Positions 54,746-64,000 are shown, counted from the stretch's first letter. The stretch: DNA of 64,000 nucleotides from Thermoanaerobaculia bacterium (GCA_044226625.1 JBGAGQ010000003.1:128001-192000), one strand, 5' to 3'. The notes: generated by a model from the letters alone, not told the origin. A program made the numbers and translations.

Positions 54746-56809
54746 CTACTGCGTGCAGGTCGGCCGCGCGCCGCAGGCGATGCCGTGCGCGGTGTAGGCG
54801 TCCCAGATCCTGCAGCCGTTCGGCGTGCCGTTCGCGAGGTTGCCGTCGTCATCGTCCGCGGCCAAGAACACCGTGTACCAGTTCGACGCCGCGCAGCCGT
54901 CCACCGTCGCCGCCGGGTTGCACTTGCCGCCGGCGACCAACCGGTACGCGCTCTTGCTCGGGGTCAAGCTCTTGTACCAGATGGCGTCCATCTTCTGCCA
55001 ACCGGTGGTCGTGCCCCAACGGGTGACGAGCGACTGGGCGAGGTCCCAGTTCGCCGAGCTCGCGATGTAGCTCTCGCAATGCCCTTCATACCCCATCGGT
55101 CCCTGATAGGCCGTGATGCCGCCGCTCAGGTACGGGCAGGTGAAACGGTCGCAGTTGATGCCGTTGTTGTCGGCGACCGTGCTCGGCTTGGCGATCGTCT
55201 TGGTGCCCAGCGTCGAGAAGTCTTGCACGTCGCGCACGCCCGTGCAGGTCGTGCAGTTCGTGCAGGTCACGCCCGGACGGAAGTTCGGGCCGATGCAGCT
55301 GTTCTTGGTCTCGAGGAAGGCGAACGTGTCGCCCACCGCCTCGCCCGTCCCCTTGTCGCTCGCCGCGCCGCCCGAGTTGGTGTCCATCCCGTGGCCCCAC
55401 TCGTGGAGGAACACCGCCGCGATCTCGCCCGTGTTCGAGCAGCCGCCGCCCGAGCGGTAGAAGTTCACCGTCGAGCCGTTCCAGAACGCGTTGCACGTCT
55501 GGTTGATGTTCATGTTCGCGGTCAGGGTGCCGTTCAGCCAATTGTTGGTGGTGAGGAAGCTGGCCGCTTTCCGGTTGATGTTCGTCAGATGGTAGTAGCC
55601 CGAACGCGTGGCGTGCGTGTTGCCCGCGCCGCCGACGCCCGGCGTCGTGCAGTTGGTGCCGCCGCTCGTTCCGAATGCGAGGTTGCCCGTCGTGGTGTTC
55701 GAAAGCGAGATCGAGCCACAGTTGTCGCTCATCCGGATGTACCGGCCGTTGAGCGTCGAGGTCGCGGTGCCGCCCGAGTAGGTGTAGTTGCCCGCGGAGT
55801 CGGCCACTTTGCTGCCACCGTTCGTGACGTTCGCGAACGGCAGGCCGACGACCACCTCCGGGTCGGTGTTGGTGGTCGGATAGACACCGCCGGTCACCTG
55901 GGCGTAGTCGTTCAGGTCCTGGAGGCTCAGCAGGTTGCCGGTCCGCGCGTCGACCACGGCGCCCCACGTCGCCGCATCGCCTTCGCGACGGAAGGAGAGC
56001 TTCCAGGCGAGCACGTGGCCGTACCCTTTGCCGGGGTTGCCCGCGAAGCGCATGCCCGGGGCCTCGCCCTCGGTGAGGGTGGGATAGATCCGGAGCGTGC
56101 CCGCCTCGACGATCTCGGTCTTCTCGAACAGGCCGATGCCGAGCGCGGCGAACGCCTTCGCGAACGCCTCTTCACGGCTCACCGACGGACGCACGTCGAG
56201 CCGGACCTCGGCGATCTTCTCCGCGCCGAACTGCACGACGTTGCCCTGGTTGATGCGGAAGAAGACGTGCGCGCCGTCCACGGGGATCCCCCGGTAGTAC
56301 TGCGCGAGCTCGATCGCCCAGAACTGGCCGTCCCGGCCGGCGCGCGCGCTCGAGGTCTCGTCCAACCGGAGCTGGCCTGGCGCCACCCTCAGGATCTCGG
56401 GGAACTTCGCGAGGAACCCCCGCACGCGGGTCTCAACGTCGCGCAGCGTCACGTCGCCCGAATGGCCGAGCCCGAGGTCTTCGCGGGTCAGCCGGTTGCC
56501 CTTGCCGGGCAGCAGCGGGATACCGATCCCCTCGATCAGGTTCGGCCGCGCGTTGCGCGTGTCCATCCGAACTTCCCACTGGTCGGAATGGTTGGCGAAA
56601 AAGCGCTGGAACGAGGGGAGGTTCACGGCCTGCCGCGACCCGCGGCCGAAGATCTCGAGCGACGGCGAGACCTCGAGCAGGGTCGGCTTCGCCCCGAGCG
56701 GAGCTACGCGGAGCGATTCGTGCGGCGGAACGATGGCGGACGCGAACGACGGGAACCACAGGGCTGCGACGAGAGCGACGGCGACACTCCCCCTGACGAG
56801 GGTCCTCAT
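54746..56809 (-). CDS. Secreted gluzincin metalloprotease (M4/M36-like) with propeptide, copy 2
   Basis: AAGGAGGAG RBS before ATG 56809; same motifs as copy 1. Confidence 0.85.
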   Translation of the reverse strand: MRTLVRGSVAVALVAALWFPSFASAIVPPHESLRVAPLGAKPTLLEVSPSLEIFGRGSRQAVNLPSFQRFFANHSDQWEVRMDTRNARPNLIEGIGIPLLPGKGNRLTREDLGLGHSGDVTLRDVETRVRGFLAKFPEILRVAPGQLRLDETSSARAGRDGQFWAIELAQYYRGIPVDGAHVFFRINQGNVVQFGAEKIAEVRLDVRPSVSREEAFAKAFAALGIGLFEKTEIVEAGTLRIYPTLTEGEAPGMRFAGNPGKGYGHVLAWKLSFRREGDAATWGAVVDARTGNLLSLQDLNDYAQVTGGVYPTTNTDPEVVVGLPFANVTNGGSKVADSAGNYTYSGGTATSTLNGRYIRMSDNCGSISLSNTTTGNLAFGTSGGTNCTTPGVGGAGNTHATRSGYYHLTNINRKAASFLTTNNWLNGTLTANMNINQTCNAFWNGSTVNFYRSGGGCSNTGEIAAVFLHEWGHGMDTNSGGAASDKGTGEAVGDTFAFLETKNSCIGPNFRPGVTCTNCTTCTGVRDVQDFSTLGTKTIAKPSTVADNNGINCDRFTCPYLSGGITAYQGPMGYEGHCESYIASSANWDLAQSLVTRWGTTTGWQKMDAIWYKSLTPSKSAYRLVAGGKCNPAATVDGCAASNWYTVFLAADDDDGNLANGTPNGCRIWDAYTAHGIACGARPTCTQ

Positions 56810-57244
56810 GGGCACTCCTCCTTTTAGATCACAGGATGTTCCTGTACCCAAGTAGGTGCACGGGAAGGCGGTCGGCGAGACGAGGAATGTCGGAAGGCCG
56901 CCCGGACATTTCGCCGAGGAAAGTCGCCCCGTCCTCACCGGCCCGAGGAAGGCGGGCTCGCGAGCTCCCGCTGATCCCCGCACCGCGGATTTCCGGCCGA
57001 ACTTTCCGACGCCGCAAAGGCGCTTCCGCCGATCTTGCCGAAATGATGATGCCGTTTGCCGCCTCCCAGCGCGCGGCAGACCTCGGCACCACCCTTGCTA
57101 TCCGACACAAACGAAAGCTTTTCGTCGGTGCGCGACGAAGAGCGTGCTCCCAAGAGCGGGGGGAACTCTCGCCGGTCGAACCGATCCCGCAGGCTCGAGC
57201 CGGACCCCTTCGTCGTCGCGGGGTATTTGTGTAAGGAGGATTCG

Positions 57245-57829
57245 ATGACCCGACTAAAGAAATATCTCCCCCTGCTCGCCGGGGCCGCCGTCACCGCCGC
57301 TCTAGCCTCAGGTCCCGCTCGAGCCACCGATCTCGGCCTGTACGGCTCCTACTGGGATACCGACGCCTTGAACTCGACCGCGGGCGGCGGCATCAAGCTC
57401 GGCTTCGGCGAGGGATTGGTTCGCTTCGAAGTCCGCGCGAGCCACTTCCCCGATCTCTCCGAGAACCTGAATGAGCTCGTCGACAACGGCACCGGCCGCT
57501 TCAAGGTCCGCGCGACCGTTCCCGAGGCGGGAGTGACCTTCAACTTCGCCCCCGAGAGCCGATTTCAGCCCTACGTCGGCGCGGGCGCTTCCTACTACGT
57601 GCTCGACACGAACCGATTCGAGATCAACGACGAGGTGGGTTGGTACGGCCTCGTCGGCTTCCACGTCGGCGGCGCCGAGGGCGGTCCGGCCTTCTTCGCC
57701 GAGGGCGTCTACCACAAGGTCGACGCGACGATCGAAAACGACAGCGCGAGCGACCCGGACTTCAACGGCAAGGTCGACTTCGACCTCTCCGGCCCGGCGG
57801 TGAACGCGGGCGTGTTGTTCCGGTTCTAG
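57245..57829 (+). CDS. Outer membrane beta-barrel protein (8-stranded type)
   Basis: AAGGAGG RBS; signal peptide; PYVGAGA; C-terminal GVLFRF. Confidence 0.82.
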   Translation: MTRLKKYLPLLAGAAVTAALASGPARATDLGLYGSYWDTDALNSTAGGGIKLGFGEGLVRFEVRASHFPDLSENLNELVDNGTGRFKVRATVPEAGVTFNFAPESRFQPYVGAGASYYVLDTNRFEINDEVGWYGLVGFHVGGAEGGPAFFAEGVYHKVDATIENDSASDPDFNGKVDFDLSGPAVNAGVLFRF

Positions 57830-57856
57830 ACCGGCTCGAGACCCAGGGTGTAGTTC

Positions 57857-57891
57857 AGGACGGCGGGGAGGAATCCCCGCCGTTCCTCTTT
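57857..57891 (+). terminator. Terminator hairpin between convergent genes
   Basis: ACGGCGGGGA-GGAA-TCCCCGCCGT followed by TCCTCTTT. Confidence 0.7.
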
Positions 57892-60400
57892 AGATCGAGG
57901 CCTCGGCGTCCTCCAGCTCCCCGAGCCGCCGGCCGTACCCGTGCTTCTCGATCAACCGCCGCGCCTCAGAAAGCGCCTCGCGGTCTTTGAACATCCGCCC
58001 GCGATAAAGCGCGACGTCGGCGAGATATAGCGGCATCGGCCCGCGGGAAGCGATCTCTTTTACCGCGGCCAGGTCCGCCCGCGAACCGGTTTCGTCGCCC
58101 TCGGCGAAACGAAGCCAGGCTCGTGTGAGGAGGCCTTTGGGGAGATGGGTTAGGTGATGCGCGTTGCGTAGGAGGTCAACGGACTTCTCTATATCCGGTC
58201 GCGCAGCATCGGCAATAGTGCCTTCCAAAACTGACTGGTAGAGGGCCAAGCGACCGAGGATCAGATGACCTACAGCGCGATCCAGTGGGGCTCCATAAAC
58301 AGTTGCCCACCCTAACGCCTGCCTCGCCCGCTCCTCGACCTCTACCAAGCCTGCCGTAAAGCCTTCCCGAGACTCGCCACGAGCTGCGGCTCGCTCGGCC
58401 TCGCCGAGAAGGAGGACGCAATACCGGAAGCCCTGGAACGAGTAAAGCCGGGGAAAACCGTTTTCCCTCTTGCTCTGAAGGGTCTCGGCTTCGACGAATA
58501 GTGCCTCCGCCTCTTTCCGTCGTCCCAACTGGTGAAGACTGTCAGCCAGTGTCGAGCGAACTACAATTCTCAGGAACGGATCCGCGCTGCGGTCGGCCAA
58601 GGTGACACAACGCTGGGCCTCAGACATCGCTGCCAGCAACTCGCCCCTATCGAGCTCTAGTCGAATGAGGTTGCTAGCCGCTGCCGCCGCGTTCTTCCAC
58701 TCACCTTTTCTCTCATTTGCCTTCAGGGTAGCCCGAATCGGATCCGCCGCTTCCGTGAGCCGACCCAAGGCTTGTAACTGAATAGAAGCCTCATTGAGCA
58801 ACCAAAACTGGGCGGTCTCAGACAACAGGGACACCGTCGAAAACCAGGGAGTTTCGAAGAAATAGGCGAGCGCTCCCAGGTTCGATCCGAACGCGCCAAG
58901 CTTTCTCCAGCTAAAGAAGCCATCCGCCCCGGTGCCGCGCAGAACGCGGTCCCGATAGATTCCGGCGCGCGCCTCCTCATACCGCCCCGCCAGACAGCCG
59001 TGGGCCACAGCCTGATAAAGGGGCTGAAGGCCTTCGAGGGTGTCGGGCCAATGCTTCGTCGAGTCCCGCAGATGCTCGAACAGACGGCTGTGCGCGTCTC
59101 GCCATACCTCCTCATGCCTCTCGCGGAGCTGCTTGGCAAAGTACTCCCGGACGAGCGGATGGGCATCGAGCGCGCCGTCGTCGCGCTTGGAGAGGAGCTT
59201 CCGATAGGCGAGCTTCGTGACCGCGAGGTTCCATTGTGCGTCGGAGATTCCTACGAGAGGATCGGTCAGGCCCAGGATGACTGGATCGCGCCGCAATGCT
59301 GCAATGCAGCCGGGGTCGGCGGGCCGATCGAACAAGCCGAGCAGGCGAAGGATGGCGAGCTGGCGCTCGCCCGCTGCATTTTCCCCGCCCAGCCAGTTTT
59401 CGTACGTCGCGATGGCGCGGAATGCATGGCCGTTCTGCCGCTCGCGGTTCGCCTCCTCCAGCTCCACGAGATCGAGCTTCCGAACGTCCCCCTCGTACGC
59501 CTCATGGAGATAGGAGCCGAGGACGTCCAAGGTCAGCGCGTGGCCGTCCATCTCCTCGACCAACTCCTCCAACTCTTTTTGCGTCCCTATCACACCGAGC
59601 TTCCGGAGCAGCGCCACGCCGGCCGTCGTGCTCAACCGATCCAGGGTCCATTCGAGAAACCGCGTGCCGCGGTAGGCGTTGAGGTGCTCCGCGATTTTCT
59701 CCCGAGTCGTCACGACGCACAGCCCGGGGTTGCTCCCCGCGATACCCTTGAGCAGCGCCTCTAGGCCCGGGTCTTTGAGCTGCCCCGCGAGCGGGCTCGA
59801 TGCCGGGTATTGGAGCGGCTCCAGACCATCGAGGACCAACAGCGCTCTCCGCCGAGCGACGAATTCGGCGAGCTTGGAGCCCTTGTTCCACGCGGAGACA
59901 GGGCTCTCCGCGAGCTTCTCTCCCTCCTCGCCTCCGAAGAACCGGAGCGCCTCGTTTACGAACGGCTCGCCGGTGGCGGCGCTCTGCTCTTTCGTGCCTT
60001 GGCTGTAGAACGACCAATCGAAGTAGTCCGCTCCGCCGAGATCCTTCCCCGCCGCCCATTTCGCGACCAGCGAGGTCTTACCCACGCCGCCCCAAGCGAC
60101 CAGCGCCACGACGTGAATGCCGGGGCTCTCCCACGCGGCGTCGAGCCGCGCCAGGTCGATTTCACGCCCGAACAGCTCTTCAGCCACGTGGGTGAGGCGG
60201 GTGGTGGCGATCTTCGGCGGGACGGCAAGCGGGAGTGGTGCGGCAGGTGCGGGCGGAGGATAGATCGTTACGTCGCCGTAAACGTTGCCACCGACCGAAA
60301 CTCCGTGATCGCCCGATGTGACCTGTCGCGAAGCCGGAATCTCCTCCGGCCTCTCCGATTCCGCCTTCGGCGGCGGTCCTTGGCTCTTGCCTTCGCTCAA
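57890..60400 (-). CDS. STAND (NB-ARC/NACHT-like) NTPase with C-terminal TPR-like helical repeats
   Basis: LFGRE, Walker A AWGGVGKT, Walker B LLVLDGLE, sensor VTTR, GHALTL (GxP-equivalent), HPLVREYF (MHD-like); helical repeat C-terminus. Confidence 0.85.
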   Translation of the reverse strand: MSEGKSQGPPPKAESERPEEIPASRQVTSGDHGVSVGGNVYGDVTIYPPPAPAAPLPLAVPPKIATTRLTHVAEELFGREIDLARLDAAWESPGIHVVALVAWGGVGKTSLVAKWAAGKDLGGADYFDWSFYSQGTKEQSAATGEPFVNEALRFFGGEEGEKLAESPVSAWNKGSKLAEFVARRRALLVLDGLEPLQYPASSPLAGQLKDPGLEALLKGIAGSNPGLCVVTTREKIAEHLNAYRGTRFLEWTLDRLSTTAGVALLRKLGVIGTQKELEELVEEMDGHALTLDVLGSYLHEAYEGDVRKLDLVELEEANRERQNGHAFRAIATYENWLGGENAAGERQLAILRLLGLFDRPADPGCIAALRRDPVILGLTDPLVGISDAQWNLAVTKLAYRKLLSKRDDGALDAHPLVREYFAKQLRERHEEVWRDAHSRLFEHLRDSTKHWPDTLEGLQPLYQAVAHGCLAGRYEEARAGIYRDRVLRGTGADGFFSWRKLGAFGSNLGALAYFFETPWFSTVSLLSETAQFWLLNEASIQLQALGRLTEAADPIRATLKANERKGEWKNAAAAASNLIRLELDRGELLAAMSEAQRCVTLADRSADPFLRIVVRSTLADSLHQLGRRKEAEALFVEAETLQSKRENGFPRLYSFQGFRYCVLLLGEAERAAARGESREGFTAGLVEVEERARQALGWATVYGAPLDRAVGHLILGRLALYQSVLEGTIADAARPDIEKSVDLLRNAHHLTHLPKGLLTRAWLRFAEGDETGSRADLAAVKEIASRGPMPLYLADVALYRGRMFKDREALSEARRLIEKHGYGRRLGELEDAEASI

Positions 60401-60469
60401 CGTGGCGCTCCGGGGGTCGGACTGGATGGCGGAGCGTCCAGGATATCGCTGAAATGGAACAAGGATCGG

Positions 60470-60612
60470 CCGGCCCTTCAGGCCTTGGAATTGGATTTCG
60501 GTCCCCGAAACCCAGGCCGTTGGCCTGGGCTATTATGGAGCGGCCCTTCGGGCCTCAAGAGCAGCGCCTCGAATAGCGACGTTCGAGGGTTCCAAATCGG
60601 TGCCCTCAGGCC
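60470..60612. repeat. REP-like composite element
   Basis: GGCCCTTCAGGCC and GGCCCTTCGGGCC flank the hairpin CCCAGGCC-GTT-GGCCTGGG (60511-60529); third partial GCCCTCAGGCC at ~60602. Confidence 0.6.
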
Positions 60613-61739
60613 CGTCGCCGGATCGCCGCTCCCGGCGTCTCCGGCTCGAGCGCCTTCAGGTACTGCCGGTCGAACGCCGCGAGCTGGCTTTCGAGCTCGG
60701 AGTAGGGGCCGGGTTCCCAAGCCTTCGAGGTGACCCCTTTGTAGGTGTTCGCGCAGAGATCCCAATCTTGGCGATTGGTGAGATCCCAGAAGTCGATCGC
60801 GGGTTGGGGATCGAAACCAGGGGCGGCGATCGCGTCGGGATGGAAATACCAATCGCAGAAGATCCGGGTGCGATCGATCGCGAGCGGTTGCGCGCGATGG
60901 ATCAAAACGTAATCGGGATGGAACGATAGGAACGCGCTCGGGAAAACCGTGTAGTAATAGACGCGCCCCGCCTGCTCGGGCGAGAGGCCGGAGAACGGCA
61001 CCGCGCACCGGCCGCCGCCGATGGTCATACTTCCGGACGGATCGGTCATCCACATCGGTCCGCCGAGGACCGGTCCTTCGTCGAGGTCGTTTTCCGTGTT
61101 GCGATACGGGGTGAGCTTGTTCAGGTGCGGGTGTACGCCTGGGCAGTGGTAACACTCGCTGTAGTTGTGGAAGAAAAGCTTCCAGTTCGACTCGACCTCG
61201 TAGACCGTGGTGTGGACCGAGCGAAGCTCCGGCAGGCGCCACGCCTCGAACCGGCCGCCGAGCCCGGCGAGCGCTTGGTCGAACGGCACCGCGTCCTCGG
61301 CGAGGTTCACGAAAAGCAGCCCTTGCCACTCGGCGAGCGCCACGGGTAGGAGCGACCAATCTCCGTTCTCGAATCCGTGGACGTCCGCCATGCTCGGCGC
61401 CGCGCGGAGCGCGCCGTCCAGGCCGTAGGTCCAGGCGTGGTACGGGCAGACGATCGCCTTGCCCAACGTACCGCTCGGGTCACCGCACAGGCGGCTGCCG
61501 CGGTGGCGGCAGAGGTTGTGAAACGCGCGGACCTTGCCGTCCGTGCCGCGGATGACCAGCACGCTTTCGCGCGCGACGTCGAACCGGAAGAAGCTCCCCG
61601 GCGAGGCGAGCTGCGAGACGTGCCCGGCGAGCAGCCACGAGCGGGAAAAGATCCGCTCGCGCTCGAGGTCGAAGATCTCCATCGAGGCGAAATACTCACG
61701 GGACAGGGTGCGCTGACCGAAGGAGGTACGGGATTTCAT
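60606..61739 (-). CDS. Rieske non-heme iron oxygenase alpha subunit (GbcA/choline monooxygenase-like)
   Basis: NLCRHRG...CPYHAW Rieske motif; NWK, ECYHC..VHP, QD mononuclear iron ligands. Confidence 0.92.
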   Translation of the reverse strand: MKSRTSFGQRTLSREYFASMEIFDLERERIFSRSWLLAGHVSQLASPGSFFRFDVARESVLVIRGTDGKVRAFHNLCRHRGSRLCGDPSGTLGKAIVCPYHAWTYGLDGALRAAPSMADVHGFENGDWSLLPVALAEWQGLLFVNLAEDAVPFDQALAGLGGRFEAWRLPELRSVHTTVYEVESNWKLFFHNYSECYHCPGVHPHLNKLTPYRNTENDLDEGPVLGGPMWMTDPSGSMTIGGGRCAVPFSGLSPEQAGRVYYYTVFPSAFLSFHPDYVLIHRAQPLAIDRTRIFCDWYFHPDAIAAPGFDPQPAIDFWDLTNRQDWDLCANTYKGVTSKAWEPGPYSELESQLAAFDRQYLKALEPETPGAAIRRRA

Positions 61740-61835
61740 GGCGGCCCTCGAGAATGGAGGCCCAGTTTAGCATCCGGCTTGCGCCCGCCTGGAGGCCAGG
61801 TGATAGTCTTCGCCCGCCTTTCCGGGGCCTTTCTG

Positions 61836-62984
61836 ATGCCGATTCCTTCGCCGTTCCACGAGCGCACGTTCCCTTTGTGCACCAGCTACCGCTGGAAGGA
61901 CTGGGCGGGCTATTGCGCCGTGTCGAGCTACGACACTTCGCACGAACGCGAGTACTTCGCGTTCCGCGAGGCGGCCGGCCTGCTCGACGTCACTCCCCTC
62001 TACAAATATGAAGTGGTCTCGAAGCTCAAGGCCGGCCGGGTCGCCTACACCTGCTGGTGCGACGACGGCGGCAAGGTCGTCGACGACGGTACGGTCGCGC
62101 GCCTCGAAGACGAGCACTTCCGCGTCACCGCGGCCGATCCGTCGCTCCATTGGCTGACCGCGCTCTCCCGCGGCTACGACGTGCGAATCGAGGATTCGAG
62201 CACGCGGCTCGCGGCGCTCGCGCTTCAAGGGCCCCTGTCGCGCGACGTCCTGAAGAGCGCCACGACCGGCGCCGACCTCGACCGGCTCAAGTTCTTCGGC
62301 GTGACGCAAGCGAAGCTCGGCTCGATGCCGATCTGGATCAGCCGCACCGGCTATACCGGCGACCTCGGTTACGAGATCTGGGTCGATCGGGAGCAGGCGC
62401 TCCCCACCTGGGACGCGCTGATCGAGTCCGGCCGCCCGTACGGCATCGAGCCCGCCGGCCTCGACGCGCTCGACGTGGCGCGGGTGGAGGCGGGCTTCAT
62501 CCTCCTCGGCAACGACTACTTCAGCGCGAAGAAAGTCGTGCTCGAATCGCGCAAGTCGACGCCGCACGAGCTCGGGTTCGGCTGGATGGTCGACCTCACC
62601 CGCGGCAACTTCATCGGCCGCGACGCGATCGAGGCGGAGACGAAGCGCGGCTCGATCTGGCAGCTCGTGGGGCTGGAGATCAGCTGGGAGGAGCTCGAGG
62701 CGCTCTACGCGAGCTTCGACCTGCCGCCGAGCCTGCCGGTCACCGCGCGGCGCGACGCCCTGCCGGTCTACGCCGAGGACGGCCGCCAGATCGGCCAGGC
62801 GACCAGCCACACCTGGTCGCCGATCCTCAAGAAATATCTCGCGATCGCCTCGGTGCATCGCGGCTTCGAAACGCTCGGCGGCAAGCTCGCGATCGAGCAC
62901 ACCGTCGAGTACGAGCGGCGCCAGGTGACGGCGACGGTCGCGAAGCTCCCCTTCTACGACCCCGAAAGGAAGAAGAAGCCGTGA
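61836..62984 (+). CDS. Aminomethyltransferase (GcvT-like folate-binding) family protein
   Basis: LLDVTPL, DDGTV, ALQGP, SRTGYTGDLGYEI, RVEAG, PFYDP; a conserved segment near 62015 appears deleted in frame. Confidence 0.88.
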   Translation: MPIPSPFHERTFPLCTSYRWKDWAGYCAVSSYDTSHEREYFAFREAAGLLDVTPLYKYEVVSKLKAGRVAYTCWCDDGGKVVDDGTVARLEDEHFRVTAADPSLHWLTALSRGYDVRIEDSSTRLAALALQGPLSRDVLKSATTGADLDRLKFFGVTQAKLGSMPIWISRTGYTGDLGYEIWVDREQALPTWDALIESGRPYGIEPAGLDALDVARVEAGFILLGNDYFSAKKVVLESRKSTPHELGFGWMVDLTRGNFIGRDAIEAETKRGSIWQLVGLEISWEELEALYASFDLPPSLPVTARRDALPVYAEDGRQIGQATSHTWSPILKKYLAIASVHRGFETLGGKLAIEHTVEYERRQVTATVAKLPFYDPERKKKP

Positions 62985-64000
62985 GCGCTTCGCGATACGA
63001 CGCAATCGTCGTGGGGGCCGGCCACAATGGGCTGGTCTGCGCGGCCTATCTCGCCAAGGCGGGCCGGAAAGTGCTGGTCCTCGAGCGGCGCCATCAGGTG
63101 GGCGGCGCCACCACCAGCGAGGAGATCTACCCCGGCTTTACCTATACCTGCTGCTCCTACGTCGTCTCGCTGCTCCGGCCGTGGATCATCCGCGACCTCG
63201 ACCTGCCGCGTTTCGGCTACGAGATCCTGCCGCTCGAATCGACGATCACGCCGTTCCCCGACGGCCGGTATCTCATGCGCGACGCCGATCCCGAGCGGAC
63301 GCGCCGATCGATCGCGAAGTTCTCGCCCAAAGACGCCGAGGTCTACAAGCGGTTCGGCCAGGAGATGGCCGAGCTCGGCCGGCTGATCAAGCCGCTGATC
63401 GACGAGGCGGCGCCCGATCCCCTGTCCCGCGACCCGCGCGAGCTGCTGCGCCTCGGGCGCCTGGCGAAACAGCTGCGAGGCCAGGGCGAAGAGTGGCTCT
63501 ACGCGAACGTCAAGATGATGACGATGAGCGCTGTCGACTTCCTCTCGGAGCGCTTCGAGAGCGAGGAGCTGATCGCGCCGATGGCGATCTCCGGGATCAT
63601 CGGCACGTTCCTGGGCATCCGCTCGCCGGGCACCGCCTACGTGCTCCTCCACCACTACATGGGCGAGATCGACGGCAGCTTCCGCGCCTGGGGCCTCGCC
63701 GATTCCGCCCGCGCGCTCGGGGTGGAGATCCGCACCGAGGCGCCCGTCGCCCGGCTGCTGATGAAGGGCGGCAAGGCCGCGGGCGTGGTGCTCCAGAACG
63801 GCGACGAGATCCTGGCGAAGCAGGTGGTCTCCGGGCTCGATCCGAACCGCACGTTCCTGAAGCTCGTCGGCGAGGAGAACCTCGATCCGGAGATCGTCCA
63901 GCAGGTCAAGCGCTTCAAGATGCGCGGCTCCTCCGGCAAGGTGAACCTGGCGCTCGACGGACTGCCCGACCTCGCCTGCCTGCCGGGTCCGGGGCCGCAT
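62981..64000 (+). CDS. Phytoene desaturase-like FAD-dependent oxidoreductase (runs off the window end; not in the ORF track)
   Basis: GTGA overlap; YDAIVVGAGHNGLVCAAYLAKAG.KVLVLE...VGGA; PGTAYVLLHHYMGEIDG; no stop codon before 64000. Confidence 0.88.
   Translation, partial: MSASRYDAIVVGAGHNGLVCAAYLAKAGRKVLVLERRHQVGGATTSEEIYPGFTYTCCSYVVSLLRPWIIRDLDLPRFGYEILPLESTITPFPDGRYLMRDADPERTRRSIAKFSPKDAEVYKRFGQEMAELGRLIKPLIDEAAPDPLSRDPRELLRLGRLAKQLRGQGEEWLYANVKMMTMSAVDFLSERFESEELIAPMAISGIIGTFLGIRSPGTAYVLLHHYMGEIDGSFRAWGLADSARALGVEIRTEAPVARLLMKGGKAAGVVLQNGDEILAKQVVSGLDPNRTFLKLVGEENLDPEIVQQVKRFKMRGSSGKVNLALDGLPDLACLPGPGPH

Noticed and set aside
52472-56809. Diversity-generating retroelement (template/variable repeat pair)
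   Set aside because: No reverse transcriptase in the window; both copies are full-length genes; differences are mostly synonymous or block-like, not adenine-specific.
1-64000. tRNA/rRNA genes, IS elements, prophage
   Set aside because: No cloverleaf or rRNA signatures, and no transposase, integrase or phage structural motifs recognised; intergenic gaps are mostly short.

Overview
High-GC (roughly 68-70% by eye) bacterial chromosomal window. It is most likely from an Acidobacteriota genome (ADOP-type duplicated permease, carboxypeptidase-regulatory-domain TonB-dependent receptor); this is inference, not a database result. About 50 CDS are supportable; I saw no rRNA, tRNA, CRISPR array, transposase or integrase. 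Most genes encode transporters, secreted hydrolases/proteases or envelope enzymes. The best candidate for an undescribed system is a translationally coupled four-gene operon (5833-9060, minus): an Lgt-like diacylglyceryl transferase with altered catalytic residues, a tetraether-synthase (Tes/GDGT-MAS/MJ0619)-like radical SAM enzyme, and two small Cys-bearing membrane proteins. Other notable items: a STAND-NTPase/TPR protein with an amyloid-like N-terminal motif in place of an effector domain; a TetR-led lipid operon with a FabH-like enzyme lacking the His/Asn catalytic pair; a 21-nt tandem repeat encoding LxxNTxx heptads; a tandem metalloprotease duplication with near-identical catalytic halves; and a recurring -10 box placed 9 nt before start codons (leaderless-type genes). 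Several conserved genes show short internal deletions, so local sequence or assembly errors are possible. All family calls rest on motif recognition by eye; no searches were run.
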